The notes under the pieces are model-generated. The model made no database searches. It saw nothing but the letters and a program-made list of their open reading frames with translations, and was not told the origin of the DNA. Positions 26,494-38,586 of a stretch of 64,000 nucleotides of DNA are shown one piece after another; position 1 is the stretch's first letter, and the number at the start of each line of letters is the position of its first letter. A program made the position numbers and the translations under genes. The DNA is from Octopus sinensis (Eukaryota), in NCBI RefSeq assembly GCF_006345805.1, contig NC_043001.1:98270001-98334000 (forward strand), in the 5' to 3' direction.

Positions 26494-27915
26494 AGGGGAT
26501 TTGGGGTACAAATTCACGGCAGATGTTTCTTCATTGTGTAAAATGGTTGTATTAACTTACCTGACAAAGGACTTATAATGTAGTAGCTTGAAATAGCTGC
26601 TAAATCTCTCGCAAATCACAGTTTGCTATTTTTCGGTTTTAAAAACAAATGAAGAATATCTTAGGTAATATAAAGAGATATGATGCCATGAGCATCTTGT
26701 CAAAAGGATTATGACAAGGTGGTCATGGCTAGAATGTCTTTCATGCTAGAACTGCTTGATCAGAGCTGATCAGAGGCCAAACAATAAAAAGGCAAGCTGG
26801 CAGAATCGTTAGCATGCCGGGCGAAATGCTTAGCGGTATTTCATCTGCAGCTACATTCTGAGTTCAAATTCCGCAGAGGTCAACTTTGCCTTTCATCCTT
26901 TCGGGGTCGATAAATTAAATACCAGTTACACAATGGGGTCAATATAATCGACTTAATCCGTTTGTCTGTCTTTGTTTGTCCTCTCTGTGTTTAGCCCCTT
27001 GTAGGTAGTAAAGAAATAGGTATTTCATCTGCCGCTACGTTCTGAGTTCAAATTCCGCCGAGGTCAACCTTTCGGGGTCGATTAAATAAATTCCAGTTAC
27101 GCACTGGGGTCGATATAATCAACTTAATCTGTTTGCCTGTACTTGTTTGTCTTCTCTGTGTGTAGCACCTTGTGAGCAGCAAAGAACTAGGATGGTTTGA
27201 ACCCCAGGCGAACTACACAAAACATAGTTCTGTATTTAAGGGATGAGGAATTAAGGCATAATTTACATTATTTACAATTGATGGATATTTGCCCTCAAGG
27301 GGATTTGGGGTACAAATTCATTGCAGATGTTTCTTCATTGTGTAAAATGGTTGTATTAACTTTGCTGACAAAGGACTTATAACGTTGTAGCTTGAAATAG
27401 TAGCTAAATCTCTCGCAAATCACAGTTTGCTATTTTTCGGCTTTAAAAACAAATGAAGAATATCTTAGGTAATATAAAGAGATATAGCGCTATTTCATCT
27501 GCCGCTACATTCTGAGTTCAAATTCTGCCGAGGTCAACTTTGCCTTTCATCCTTTCGGGGTCGATTAAATAAATACCACTTATGCACTGGGGTCAATATA
27601 ATCGACTTAATCCGTTTGTCTGTACTTGTTTGTCCCCTCTACGTGTAGCCCTTTACTGCCCATGTGGGTAGTAAAGAAATAGGATGGCTTGAACCCCAGG
27701 CAAACTACACAAAACACAGTTCTATATTTAAGAGATGAGGAATTATGTACATTATTTACATTATTTACAATTGATGGATATTTGTCCTCAAGGGAATTTG
27801 GGGTACAAATTCACTGCAGATTTTTCTTCATTGTGTAAAATGGTTGTATTAACTTTGCTGACAAAGGACTTATAATGTAGTAGCTTGAAATAGCAGCTAA
27901 ATCTCTCACAAATCA
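26494..27915 (+). repeat. Local triplication of a ~190-bp segment interleaved with family B SINEs
   Basis: AGGG(G/A)ATTTGGGGTACAAATTCA.. recurs at 26494, ~27298 and ~27791. Confidence 0.85.
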
Positions 27916-28799
27916 GTTCTCCTGCAGAGATATTCAGTGAGAGCAGCCAGATCTGTGGAATGCAAAGAATTGGATTCTTCACAACAATGTACCCTGTCAC
28001 TGAGCCCTCCTTGCTCATAAGATTCTCACCAAAAGCAACATAAGTTGTGGAAGATGGAGACCCAAGAAGACATGGGACAAAGTTTAGAAGGCCAATCTGA
28101 AAAATACTGAACCTTACAATGGGGATGGCAGAGGACTGAGGTATGTGGCAAATTGCTGGACTCGAGAAGATCCATCCGTTACAACGGATTTGAGATCCTG
28201 AAACTTAGGTGTCATGTAAAAAGCACTGGTGTTGGTGCCGCTCAAAAAGCACTTGTGATTGTGATACACAAAAGGGACCCAGTACACTCTGTGGAGTGGT
28301 TAGGATTAGGAAGGGCATTCAGCTGTAGAAACCCAGTCAAAACAGACAATAGAACTTGTGGTGACCCCTGGCTGTACCAGATTCTGTCAAGCTATCCAAC
28401 CCATGCCAGCATAGAAAACAGAGGTTAAATGAAGATGATGATGATGACGATGCATATACATACATATATACACACACACATATATTTGTATGTATGTATG
28501 TATGTATGTATGTATGTATGTATGTATGCATGCATGTATGTATGTATATGTATATATGTGCATATGCCTGACTTTGTTATGTGTCTGCCCCTACTAGCAC
28601 TTGACAACAAGGTTTGATGAGTTTACATTCCTGTGACTTAGCAGTTGGGCCAAAAAACTGATAAAAGAAGAACCTGGCTTAAGAAGAAAATAAATAAGTA
28701 TTTGGGATCGATTCATTCAACTAAAATTTCTTCAAAGCATTGCCCCAGCATGGCCGCTGCAGTTTGATGACTGAAACAAGTAAAAGATAAAAGATGTAG

Positions 28800-29512
28800 A
28801 TGTATATTCGTGTGTTTGCATGTGTGCGAACATGTATGTGCATGTGTGTGTGTGTGTGCATGCATGTATGTATGTGCATGTGTGCAAGAATGCATGTGAA
28901 TGTGTCTGTGTGTGTGTTTGTGTGTGCGCATGCATGTGTATGTGTGTGTGTGTCTTTGTGCATGCATGTGTTATGTGCATGTGTGTGTGTGCATGCATGT
29001 ATGTGTGTGTGTGTGCAAGAATGCATGTGTGTGTGTGTGTGTGTGGATGCATGTATATATATGTGCGTGTGTGTGAGAATGCATGTGAATGTGTGTGTGT
29101 GTGTCTGTGCGAGAATGCATGCTATGTGTGTGTGTCTGTGTGAATGCATGTATGTATGTATGTATTTATGTACGTGTGTATGTGAGCATGTATATGTATG
29201 TATGCATGTGCATGTATGGATGTGTGTGTATATGTGCGAGCATACTTGTGTATGTGTGTGTGCATGCATATATGCACGTGTGTGTGCAAGCATGCATGTA
29301 TGTGTGTGTATGCATGCATTATGAATGTGCATGTGTGTGCATGCATGTGTGTATGTGCATGTGTGTGTGCATGCATGTATGTATGTGTGAGCATGCATGT
29401 ATGTATGTGTGTATGCATGCATGTATGAATGTGCATGTGCGTGCGAGCATGCATGTGTGTGTGTGTGTGCGTGTGCATTCATGCATGCATGTGTGTGCGT
29501 GTATGTGTGTGT
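28800..29512. repeat. Complex (TG)n/(GCAT)n microsatellite
   Basis: Direct inspection; source of the His/Thr and Cys/Val ORFs. Confidence 0.95.
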
Positions 29513-30093
29513 AATGTCAAGGACTTGGAAATTTATGGTTTGGAACCCAGGTGTTCATGTAGCATATAAGTGTTGGCAACTAACCTGAAAGATGAAGAAC
29601 TCTAATAAGTGGTTTGTTGTTCATTGAATTTGTGATGTATGTTTGCATCACTTAAAACAAAAATCATCTGCGTGCTTAGTTTAAAAGCTACAGGCTGTTG
29701 GATTTTCACACATCAAAACCAACAGGAGAATCCACTTGAATTGCAGTATGGTTTTGTTCTCGGGAGAAGTAGCACAGATGCCATTTTCTTTGTTAGACAA
29801 GAGCAGGAAAAATAATTAGCTAGGAGTAAACCATTGTACTTGACATTTGTTGACCTAGGAAAAGCCTTTAACAGAGTCCCTTATTCAATAGCCTGGTAGT
29901 CTCTGACAAAGCTAGGAATGGACAAATGACCTTTGAAAGGTATACGAATTCGTGTATGGAGTGAGAGTTAGCCATGACTTTGACTATTAATTTAGAATGT
30001 GAATAAGAGTTTACTAGACCCCCAGTGCCCCCACCACTGTCCTCCAAGGCATAATGGAGGAATATAAGACCAGTTGCTCCAGAAATTTACCCT

Positions 30094-30558
30094 ATAGGTG
30101 CAGGAGTGACAGTGTGGCATAGGTGCAGGAGTGGCTGTGTGGTAAGTAGCTTGCTTACCAACCACATGGTTCCGGGATCATTCCCACTGCGTGGCACCTT
30201 GGCAAGTGTCTTCAACTATAGCCTCGGGCCGACCAAAGCCTTGTGAATGGATTTGGTAGACGGAAACTGAAAGAAGACCATCGTATATATGTACATGTAT
30301 ATATATATATGTGTGTGTGTGTTTAAGTGTGTGTGTGTATATTTGTGTGTCTGTGTTTGTCCCCCTCCCCCACACATCACTTGACAACCAATGCTGGTGT
30401 GTTTACATACCCGTAACTTAGCAGTTCGGCTAAAGAGACTGATAGAATAAGTACTAGGCTTACAGGGAATACGTCTTTGGGTCAATTTGCTCAAATAAAG
30501 GCGGTGCTCCAGCATGGCCACAATTAAATGACTGAAACAAGTAGAAGAGTAAAAGAGT
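30094..30558 (+). mobile_element. SINE family A with duplicated 5' end
   Basis: ATAGGTGCAGGAGTG occurs twice at the head. Confidence 0.85.
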
Positions 30559-30929
30559 ATATTGATAATCTCATACTCAGAGCATAATTTGTATTCGAAT
30601 TAGAAAAGAAATTTCAGGTGTGGATGTGGAAGCAATACCTGGAATGAAATGGCCTTTAATCTAATGTAGTGAAACTCAAAGTTGTTGTAAGCAGAAAACC
30701 AAAGGGGCCTCTACTGCCTTCAGGAAAATGACTCTACTCAATATCTGGGAATGATAGAGGGAGAAGTTGTATATAGTGTACCCAAGTGCAAGTTATGGTC
30801 ACAAAGAAGGTGCAGTGAAATCACAAGAAGACTAACAGTTAAAATAGTTTTTGCAGATTTTCTTGAACGAACAGGAAGCACCTTGGAAGGAGTAGATAAT
30901 TTTTCTTCTCCACTACACCATATGCCCGT

Positions 30930-31165
30930 GGGCATATGGCATAGTGGTTAAGAGCGTGGGCTACCAACCCAAGATTCCGAGTTCGATTCCAGGCAGTGAC
31001 CTTAATAATAATAATAATAATAACAACATCAAAAAATACCTTAGGAATCAGAACCCAGGTTCAAAATTCCCCAAGACACCTGAAGGCTGGAGGGTATATC
31101 AGCAGAAACGTTGTGTTAACAACAAACAAGATGAAAACAAATATCCATCAAATATAAATAATGTA
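30930..31165 (+). mobile_element. tRNA-headed element with a hammerhead remnant (family E)
   Basis: A box TGGCATAGTGG, B box GAGTTCGATTCC, (AAT)n, then GACAC-CTGA..AGGCTG..CAGCA-GAAAC-GTT-GTGTT; second copy at 43689-43930 on the minus strand. Confidence 0.7.
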
Positions 31166-31221
31166 GATGGTTTTTGTTGCCTGGGTGACCTAATTAGCAG
31201 TGGAGGAGGATGCTCTTAGAG

Positions 31222-31383
31222 TATGTGTGGCTGTGTGTTAAGAAGCTTGCTTCCTAACCACATGATTCTGGGTTCAGTCTCACTGTGTGCCACCTTGGGC
31301 AAGTGCCTTCTACTATAGCCTCAGGCTGACCAAAGCCTTGTGAGTGGATTTGGTTGAGAGAAACTGAAAGAATCCTGTCATGT

Positions 31384-31435
<52 letters not shown>

Positions 31436-31660
31436 GTGTGTGTGTGTTTGTGTCTGTGTTTGTCACCCTCACTATCACTTGACAACCAATGTTGATGTGT
31501 TTATGTCCCCAAAACTTGGTGGTTTGGCAAGAGAGACCAATAGAATAAGTACTAGGCTTACAAAGTCCCAGGGTCAATTTGCTCGACTATAAGGGGGTTC
31601 TCCAACATGGCTGCAGTCAAGTGACTGAAACATGTAAAAGGATAAAAGAACATGAAAAGA
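31222..31660 (+). mobile_element. SINE family A
   Basis: Head and tail motifs. Confidence 0.8.
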
Positions 31661-31894
31661 ATGGAGGAAGTCTAGAGAGCTATTATTGCTATTTGCAACA
31701 TGGTCTCTCTCTGGCTGAGTGAATAGTAGACTGTACAATGCCTATGTATGAACAGTATTGCCACATGGCAGTGAAATGTGGGCACTGAATGCAGAGAATA
31801 TGTGAAGACGAAAGAGGACTGAAGCTGGTATGTTTCATTGGATGTGTAATGTTAGTGTGCATGAACAGCAAATTGATAAGGTATTGAGGGAAAA

Positions 31895-33050
31895 AGGCGG
31901 CGAGCTGGCAGAATCGTTAGCACATCAGACGAAATGCTTACAGGTATTTCATCTGCTGCTACGTTCTTAAAATATAAGCTCTTGTGTCTTTGCGCATGTG
32001 TAATTTAACGCGCGCATGTACATAGTATTCATGACGCATAAGGTGGGGTGCTAGCAGAATCGTTAAAACTTCAGGCGAAATTCTTAACGGTACATCGACC
32101 CCAGTTCTCAACTAATATTTACTTTATCGAAGGCGGCGAGCTGGCAAAAACGTTAGCACGCCGGGCGAAATGCGTAGCCGTATTTCGATTGCTGTTAAGT
32201 TCTGAGTTCAAATTTCGCCGAGGTCGACTTTGCTTTTCATCCTTTCGTGATTGATAAATTAAGTACTAGTTACGCACTGGGGTCGATGTAATCGACTTAA
32301 TCCGTTTGTCTGTCCTTGTTGTTCCTCTCTGTGTTTAGCCCCTTGTGGGTAGTAAAGAAATAGGTACATCGACCCCAGTTCTCAACTAATATTTACTTTA
32401 TCGAAGGCGGCGAGCTAGCAGAAACGTTAACACACCGAGCGATATGCTTAGTGGTATTTCATCTGCTGCTACGTTCTGTGTTCAAATTCCGCCGAGGTCA
32501 ACTTTGCCTTTCATCCTTTTGGGGTCGATTAAATAAGTACCTATTTCTTTATTACCCACAAGGGGCTAAACACAGAGGGTACAAACAAGAACAGACAAAC
32601 GGATGAAGTCGATTATATCGACCCCAGTGCGTAACTGGTACTTATTTAATCGACCCTGAAAGGATGAAAGGCAAAGTCGACCTCAGCGGAATTTGAACTC
32701 AGAACGTAGCGGTAGACAAAATACGGCAAAGCATTTCGCCTGACGTGCTAACGTTTCTGCCAGCTTGCCACCCTATTAAATAAGTACCAGTTACACACTG
32801 GGGTTGATATAATCGACTTAATCTGTTTGTTTGTCCTTGTTTGTCCTGTCTGTGTTTAGCCCCTTGTGGGCAATAACGAAATAAGAAATGCTAGTATGCC
32901 GGGCGTCTGCCATTACGTTCTGAGTTCAAATTCCGCCGAGGTCGACTTTGCCTTTCATCCTTTCGGGGGTTGATAAGTACCAGTTGAGTACTGAGGCCTA
33001 TTCCCCTCCCCCAAATTTCAGGCCTTGTGTGCCTATTGTAGAATTGATTA
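31895..33050. mobile_element. Multiply nested family B SINE cluster
   Basis: At least 5 family B segments; outer TSD TATTCATGACGCA (~32026 and ~33049); an inverted copy flanked by TAAATAAGTACC. Confidence 0.8.
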
Positions 33051-33271
33051 TTCATGACGCAACTAAGTGCGTCATTTCGATGCGTTCCAACAGCGATCCA
33101 CCGGTTTTTAAAAGAATTCCACCACTTCTGTAATCATATATCCTTTTAAAACCATAGTTATCTCGTTCCTTTTAGGTCCAAACGTTCCTTGTCACACCGT
33201 ACCTTTTTAAAGACATTTGATAATGTGGTTCAACTTATGTTGACTGGGAAAAAAAGAGATAGTCATATTTT

Positions 33272-33603
33272 GGGTATAATTAAGAAGAGTGGTCCCGGCG
33301 CACGCACTCGCGCATCCGCACTAGCTAGCTAGTCCTGACTAGTCGATCCCCACTTTGTGTTTTTGTGTTTTATTTACTTTACTCTTTTACTTGTTTCAGT
33401 CATTTGACTGTGGCCATGCTGGAGCCACCGCCTTTAGTCACGCAACTCGACCCCAGGACTTACTCTTTGTAAGCCTAGTACTTATTCTATCAGTTTATTT
33501 TGCCGAACTGCTAAGTTATGGGGATGTAATCACACCAGCATCGATTGTCAAGCGATTGTGGGGGGGGGGGGACAAACACAGACACACAAACATATACAAC
33601 ACA

Positions 33604-33641
<38 letters not shown>

Positions 33642-33856
33642 GATATATATATATATGCGACTGGCTTTTTTCAAACAAAGATTTTTTAAGTGAAAAGATC
33701 CAAATTATTATATACTTTGTGTAAAAAAATTATTTATTTTGTGTTTTATTTACTTTGCTAGGTAGTCGTTGTAGGATCGACTAGTTACGACTAGCTAGCA
33801 CGGATGCGCGAGTAGGCGAGTGCGCGCACCGGAACCACTCTTCTTAAGTAATACCC
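33272..33856. mobile_element. MITE with ~80-bp TIRs and a 7-bp TSD, carrying a nested family A SINE
   Basis: GGGTATAATTAAGAAGAGTGGTCCCGG.. / ..CCGGAACCACTCTTCTTAAGTAATACCC; ATATTTT on both sides. Confidence 0.8.
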
Positions 33857-34382
33857 ATATTTTGTACTTGATCAAAGCCGGGGTGGGGAATGAACAAAGA
33901 GACAAATTTGCGTGTGCTTTTGTATTACTGTTGCCCAACGTGCTAGAAACAACAGTTACATTCCTTGTTAGTCGTTAAATTTCGTTTGTTAAAAATCCAT
34001 AGATATTCACGTCGCTAATGCCTTTGCGAGCTGACCCGGGACTCATCAACAATAATAACTAGCGATATACGGGATGGTTAATTTTTGGAACGCCTTTGTG
34101 AAGATAGGATAGTTACCGTTAGAATGCATTTAAAAGTGGGGGAAATTTCTTGCTTGGAAAGCCTTGTAAAGACGGAATGCACACGGCTGGAACGCCTTCA
34201 GAAAAACATGTTTTAATTCTCCGTGCACACATCGATCGATGTAGTTGTTTAAACGCAAGCGAAAGTTAAATTAGTTATATTCAGTTATGAAAGATTTAAA
34301 TTTCTGAGACTTAAACTTCCCCTACTAACAAAAGTATGCCCTTCTTATTTAGGTATAAGGTGTCAACTTTTGGTGTTATTTA

Positions 34383-34683
34383 TTTATGCGCCCTTTTCAA
34401 GCCTAGCCAGGCTCATGGGCCAGGTTTCCCGGTTTCTGTGACGTATGTGTTTCCCCCAGCTGGACGGGTCGCCAGTCCATCGCAGCTTTAGCCAAGAAAA
34501 AGGAAGAAAGAGTGAGAGAAAGTTGGGGCGAAAGAGTACAACAGGGGTCGCCGCCACCCCCTGCCGGAGCCTCGTGGAGCTTTGGGTGTTTTCGCTCAAC
34601 AAACACACACAGCGCCCGGTCTGAGAATCGAAACCACGATCCTCCGACGGCGAGTCTGCTGCCCTAACCACATTGTGCCTCCA
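34383..34683 (-). mobile_element. SINE family C with TSD
   Basis: Reverse complement of the family C consensus; flanked by TCAACTTTTGGTGT. Confidence 0.85.
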
Positions 34684-35222
34684 TCAACTTTTGGTGTAGG
34701 AAACAGTAAATTTCTCGACACTTCGGAAGGATAAAACAATGAAATTGAGGTACATAGATTTGAACTCAAAACGTAACGAACTGGAATAAAGCAAAATATA
34801 CTAATCCAACACTCTACCGATGGTGCTAATGTCCCTTTCTTAACAAATGTATAATCAAATTATATTGCTAAGAATCTATATAAAGACACACCCCGAACAT
34901 CCGTAAATAAAATACAAAATATGTAACACGGAGGCAATATTTCAAACAGATTTTTAATATATAACTGTTTTAATGAATGATTTCTACATAATTTTACACA
35001 TTTTAAAAATATATTTCCACTTCAGTATTGGTTTTCAGGAGTTTTTTCTTTCTTTTAAATTTATGCTTCTTAAGCATAGAGAGACCGACGTAACGTTGGA
35101 TAAATCGACTGAAGTTGACGTTTAGTGCTTTTGTTTGTTTGTTTGTTTGTTTTTTCATTAAATTCTTTAATTCCCTAACCCTAGAAAATGACTTGAGACT
35201 CAACTCAAGGCGATGTAAGCTG

Positions 35223-35341
<119 letters not shown>

Positions 35342-36469
35342 GATTACAGAAAAAGGAAAGTCGAAGACAGTTGTATGAACAACAAACAGGTGTATTAGTT
35401 TAACGCCCAGGAAGGGGAAAAAGTCTTTTACATTTTGAGCCTACGCTCTTCAACAGAAAGGAACACGAGGAAATAAACAAAATAATCAAAAAAATCTGTA
35501 AGCCAAACTGAACGGATCTATATATTTATATCAAAAGAGGTATATCTAAAGTTTGGGGCTCCATTCGACTTTGTTTCTTCATAACTTCTTGAAAAGAAAC
35601 CTTTGCTTTAGATGAAATTTTTTCGGAGATACGTATCTAAGGGCCTTGATTCTGGTTACGCTAATACAACTTTAAAACAAAAGAAAGGAAAGAGAAAAAA
35701 ATGTGCATTTTAAACAGGTGAACCAGTACAGTTGCTGAGTGATATCCAAGAGATCGGAAAAAATCCACGTTTGTCCTTGTTTGTCCTCTCTGTGTTTAGC
35801 CCCTTGTGGGCAATAAAGAAATAAGAAACGTTAGTACGCCGGGCGTCTGCCATTACGTTCTGAGTTCAAATTCCGCCGAGGTCGACTTTGCCTTTCATCC
35901 TTTCGGGGTCGATAAGTACCAGTTGAGTACTGAGGCCTATCCTCCTCCCCCAAATTTCAGGCCTTGTGCCTATTGTAGAATTGATTATTCATGACGCAAC
36001 TATGGTAATACGATTTGAGGCAAGATGGATAACAGTGGCGAAATTCAGAAAGAATTGGAAGCGCATTGTGACCAGTGATGTATAACAACAGTTAGTCTGG
36101 TGGATAAAGCTATATACATTTTTGTTTGCAGATATACGTTAACGACAATGGAAATTACATAATATTGATGTTTCTAATAGAAATTGGAGAGAAAAAAAAA
36201 AAAACCACAAAGAGTGAAAAAAATTGCTAGTGACGTAATATAAAAATCGAGGAGTGGCGAGCGGAAAACGAGCCGAACTCTTTTGTTTTTGTTTTTTATT
36301 AAATTTATAAGCAAAACTATAGACTTCGGCGTAAACAAAATCGTTCAACAAATTATGCATTTTCCAGACATTTCTGACGAAATAGTCACAAGTAGAAGAC
36401 AAGATGATCGCGAGTGGAATGTCTCTTTTAAAAAAACGGAATGGTAACACTTTTAGTGGACTTATGGCA

Positions 36470-36836
36470 ATCCATTATGCATACAGGTGCTTCCCAACAA
36501 CATGGTTCCGAGTTCTGTCTTGCTGCGTGGCACCTTGGGTAAATGTCTTCCACTGTAGCCAGGAGCTGACCAAAACCTTGCGAGTGGATTTGATAGAAAA
36601 ACTGAAAGAAGCGTGTTGTGTTCGTGTGTGTGTTAGTATATATATATATATATATATATATCACTCTTTTACTTGTTTCAGTCATTTGACTGCGGCCATG
36701 CTGGAGCACTGCCTTTAGTCGAGCAAATCGACCCGAGGACTTATTGTTTGGAAGCCTAGTACTTATTCTATCGGTCATTTTTGCCAAACCGCTAAGTTAC
36801 GGGGACGTAAACACACCAGCATCGGTTGTCAAGCGA
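36470..36836. mobile_element. Family A SINE halves in inverted arrangement
   Basis: 5' half on +, 3' half on -. Confidence 0.7.
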
Positions 36837-38188
36837 TATGGATCTTTTCCTTTTGAACGGCACTTTTCAACACAATTTCTAGTTAACTAAACACTTTTAA
36901 ACTTCGTATACTGGTAGAATGTGTCAAAATAAAACATTTTTTTGTCTTGGCTTTCTTGAGAAAATTGTAATTTGTAAGTTTAACGTAGTTTAATTTTTCG
37001 AATTTTAACAAATCCTATGCCCTCTATTTAGCTAAAATCCTTTGCTGCGTCTAAAACTGAGACAACATCCTGTCACTAACCCTAACCATAACCCTAAATT
37101 TTAGCCTTTCGTTTTTTTTTCTTAATTGTTACGCGTATGTCTAAAATTATTCGTTTTGCCTTTGTTTTGAGATTTAGATGGAATTCTTCTTTACGTACCT
37201 CATCTAACTCCTCAATTTATTTTTATATTTTGGAATTTTCAGCAAACTTCTGCGAATTTATGTTCTACGCACTGAATTCTAACGATTATGTAACAACTAA
37301 GAAAAAAACCCATTCATTCCGTGATTTAAACCCTAATTAGCTGTTATTTTTAGCGCACGTCACGACCACTTCACACCCTCCTCATTTCCCAGTTTGACGC
37401 GTTGGCATTTTTCAACATCTTTCTCTCCATGAACACATGGCAAAATGGTTAGCGATATTTCGTCTATCTTTACATTCTGAGTTCAGATCCTCCGAGGTCG
37501 ACTTTGCCTTTCATCCCTTTCAGGGTCGATATATTAAGTACCAGTTGCGTGCTGGATAGATCTAATGGACCCCCCACCCACTCTCCAAGAATTTCGGGCC
37601 TTGTGCCTAGAGTAAAGATTTAATAGTCTATCACTGGGATTTAAAGAAAAATTCGTAAAATCAACCAAAACATCTAAAAAAAACAAATATTTTCGTAAAA
37701 TTTTATTAAAAAATTATATAAATATATTTGAACCAGATGAACCAACTTCGCGGCAGGAGGTGCAGATGAGGGCAGCCGAAGCAAACTCTCTCATGCACCA
37801 GGTATCAATTCCCTAAAAAACGTTCCTGAAGTAAAATTATGTAGCAATACCAACTAGTGGTGCCCCAGCATGGCCACAGCACATGCGCCGAAACTAGATA
37901 AAATAATAAATTATATATATATATATATATAAAGCCCGTCGTATATATGTATATATATATATGTATGTGTGTTTGTATTTGTCCTCTCCCAACATCACTT
38001 GACAACCGATGCTGGTGTGTTTACATACCCGTAACTTAGCGGTTCGGTAAAATAACAGATAGAATAAGTACTAGGCTTACAAAGAATAAGTCCTGGGGTC
38101 GATTTGTTCGACTAAAGGCGGTGCTCCAGCATGGCCACAGTCAAATGGCTGAAAGAAGTAAAAGAGTATATACTTGTGTGTAGAATGC

Positions 38189-38219
<31 letters not shown>

Positions 38220-38494
38220 CTTGTGAGTAGAATACAAATATATATATATATATACACCGATTTTGGAATTCTTGGTTACATCACCAAGCCTATATATGTA
38301 TATGCATATATATAAACATAATATCTAGATAGATGGAGAGAGAGAGAGAGAGAGAGAGAAAGAGGCTGCAACTTAGAAGAAAGACTACTACTATCAAGGA
38401 ATGCAGTAGTCAACTGAAAGCAACACGACAGCTGATATAGTGTTCGGTAAATACATTCCGTGCAGTAAGAATACGGGAATAGCAGTTTGTAAGC

Positions 38495-38562
38495 GGTTAT
38501 GACGTAGCGGATGTGACCTCTGTCGGGTAAACGAAGCCGTGCCGGAAGTTCATAGTCCCCAT
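38495..38562 (+). promoter_or_regulatory. Ribosomal-protein-type core promoter
   Basis: CpG-rich patch with TGACGT, GCGGATGT and a perfect ETS/GABP site CCGGAAGT (38542-49) about 20 bp upstream of a polypyrimidine initiator. Confidence 0.7.
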
Positions 38563-38586
38563 CTCTTTCTCGTTTTTCAACTTGAG
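38563..38586 (+). other. UBA52: Non-coding exon 1 with a 5'TOP/TCT initiator of the UBA52-type gene
   Basis: CTCTTTCTCGTTTTTCAACTTGAG followed by donor GTAAGT at 38587; TSS inferred. Confidence 0.75.

Larger units (their letters stand above)
29520..31890 (+). mobile_element. Decayed RTE-type LINE fragments interrupted by SINEs
   Basis: LTFVDLGKAFNRVPY (~29840), KCKLWSQRRCSEITRRL (~30780), VDGFCCLGDLISSGGG (~31165). Confidence 0.6.

Noticed and set aside
28713-29588. His/Thr- and Cys/Val-rich ORFs (similar ones at ~3.9-4.5, 7.6-8.1 and 15.2-15.6 kb)
   Set aside because: Artefacts of (CA)n, (TA)n and (GCAT)n microsatellites.
37076-37098. CTAACC telomere-like repeats
   Set aside because: Only 3-4 imperfect units inside a repeat fragment; not a telomere.
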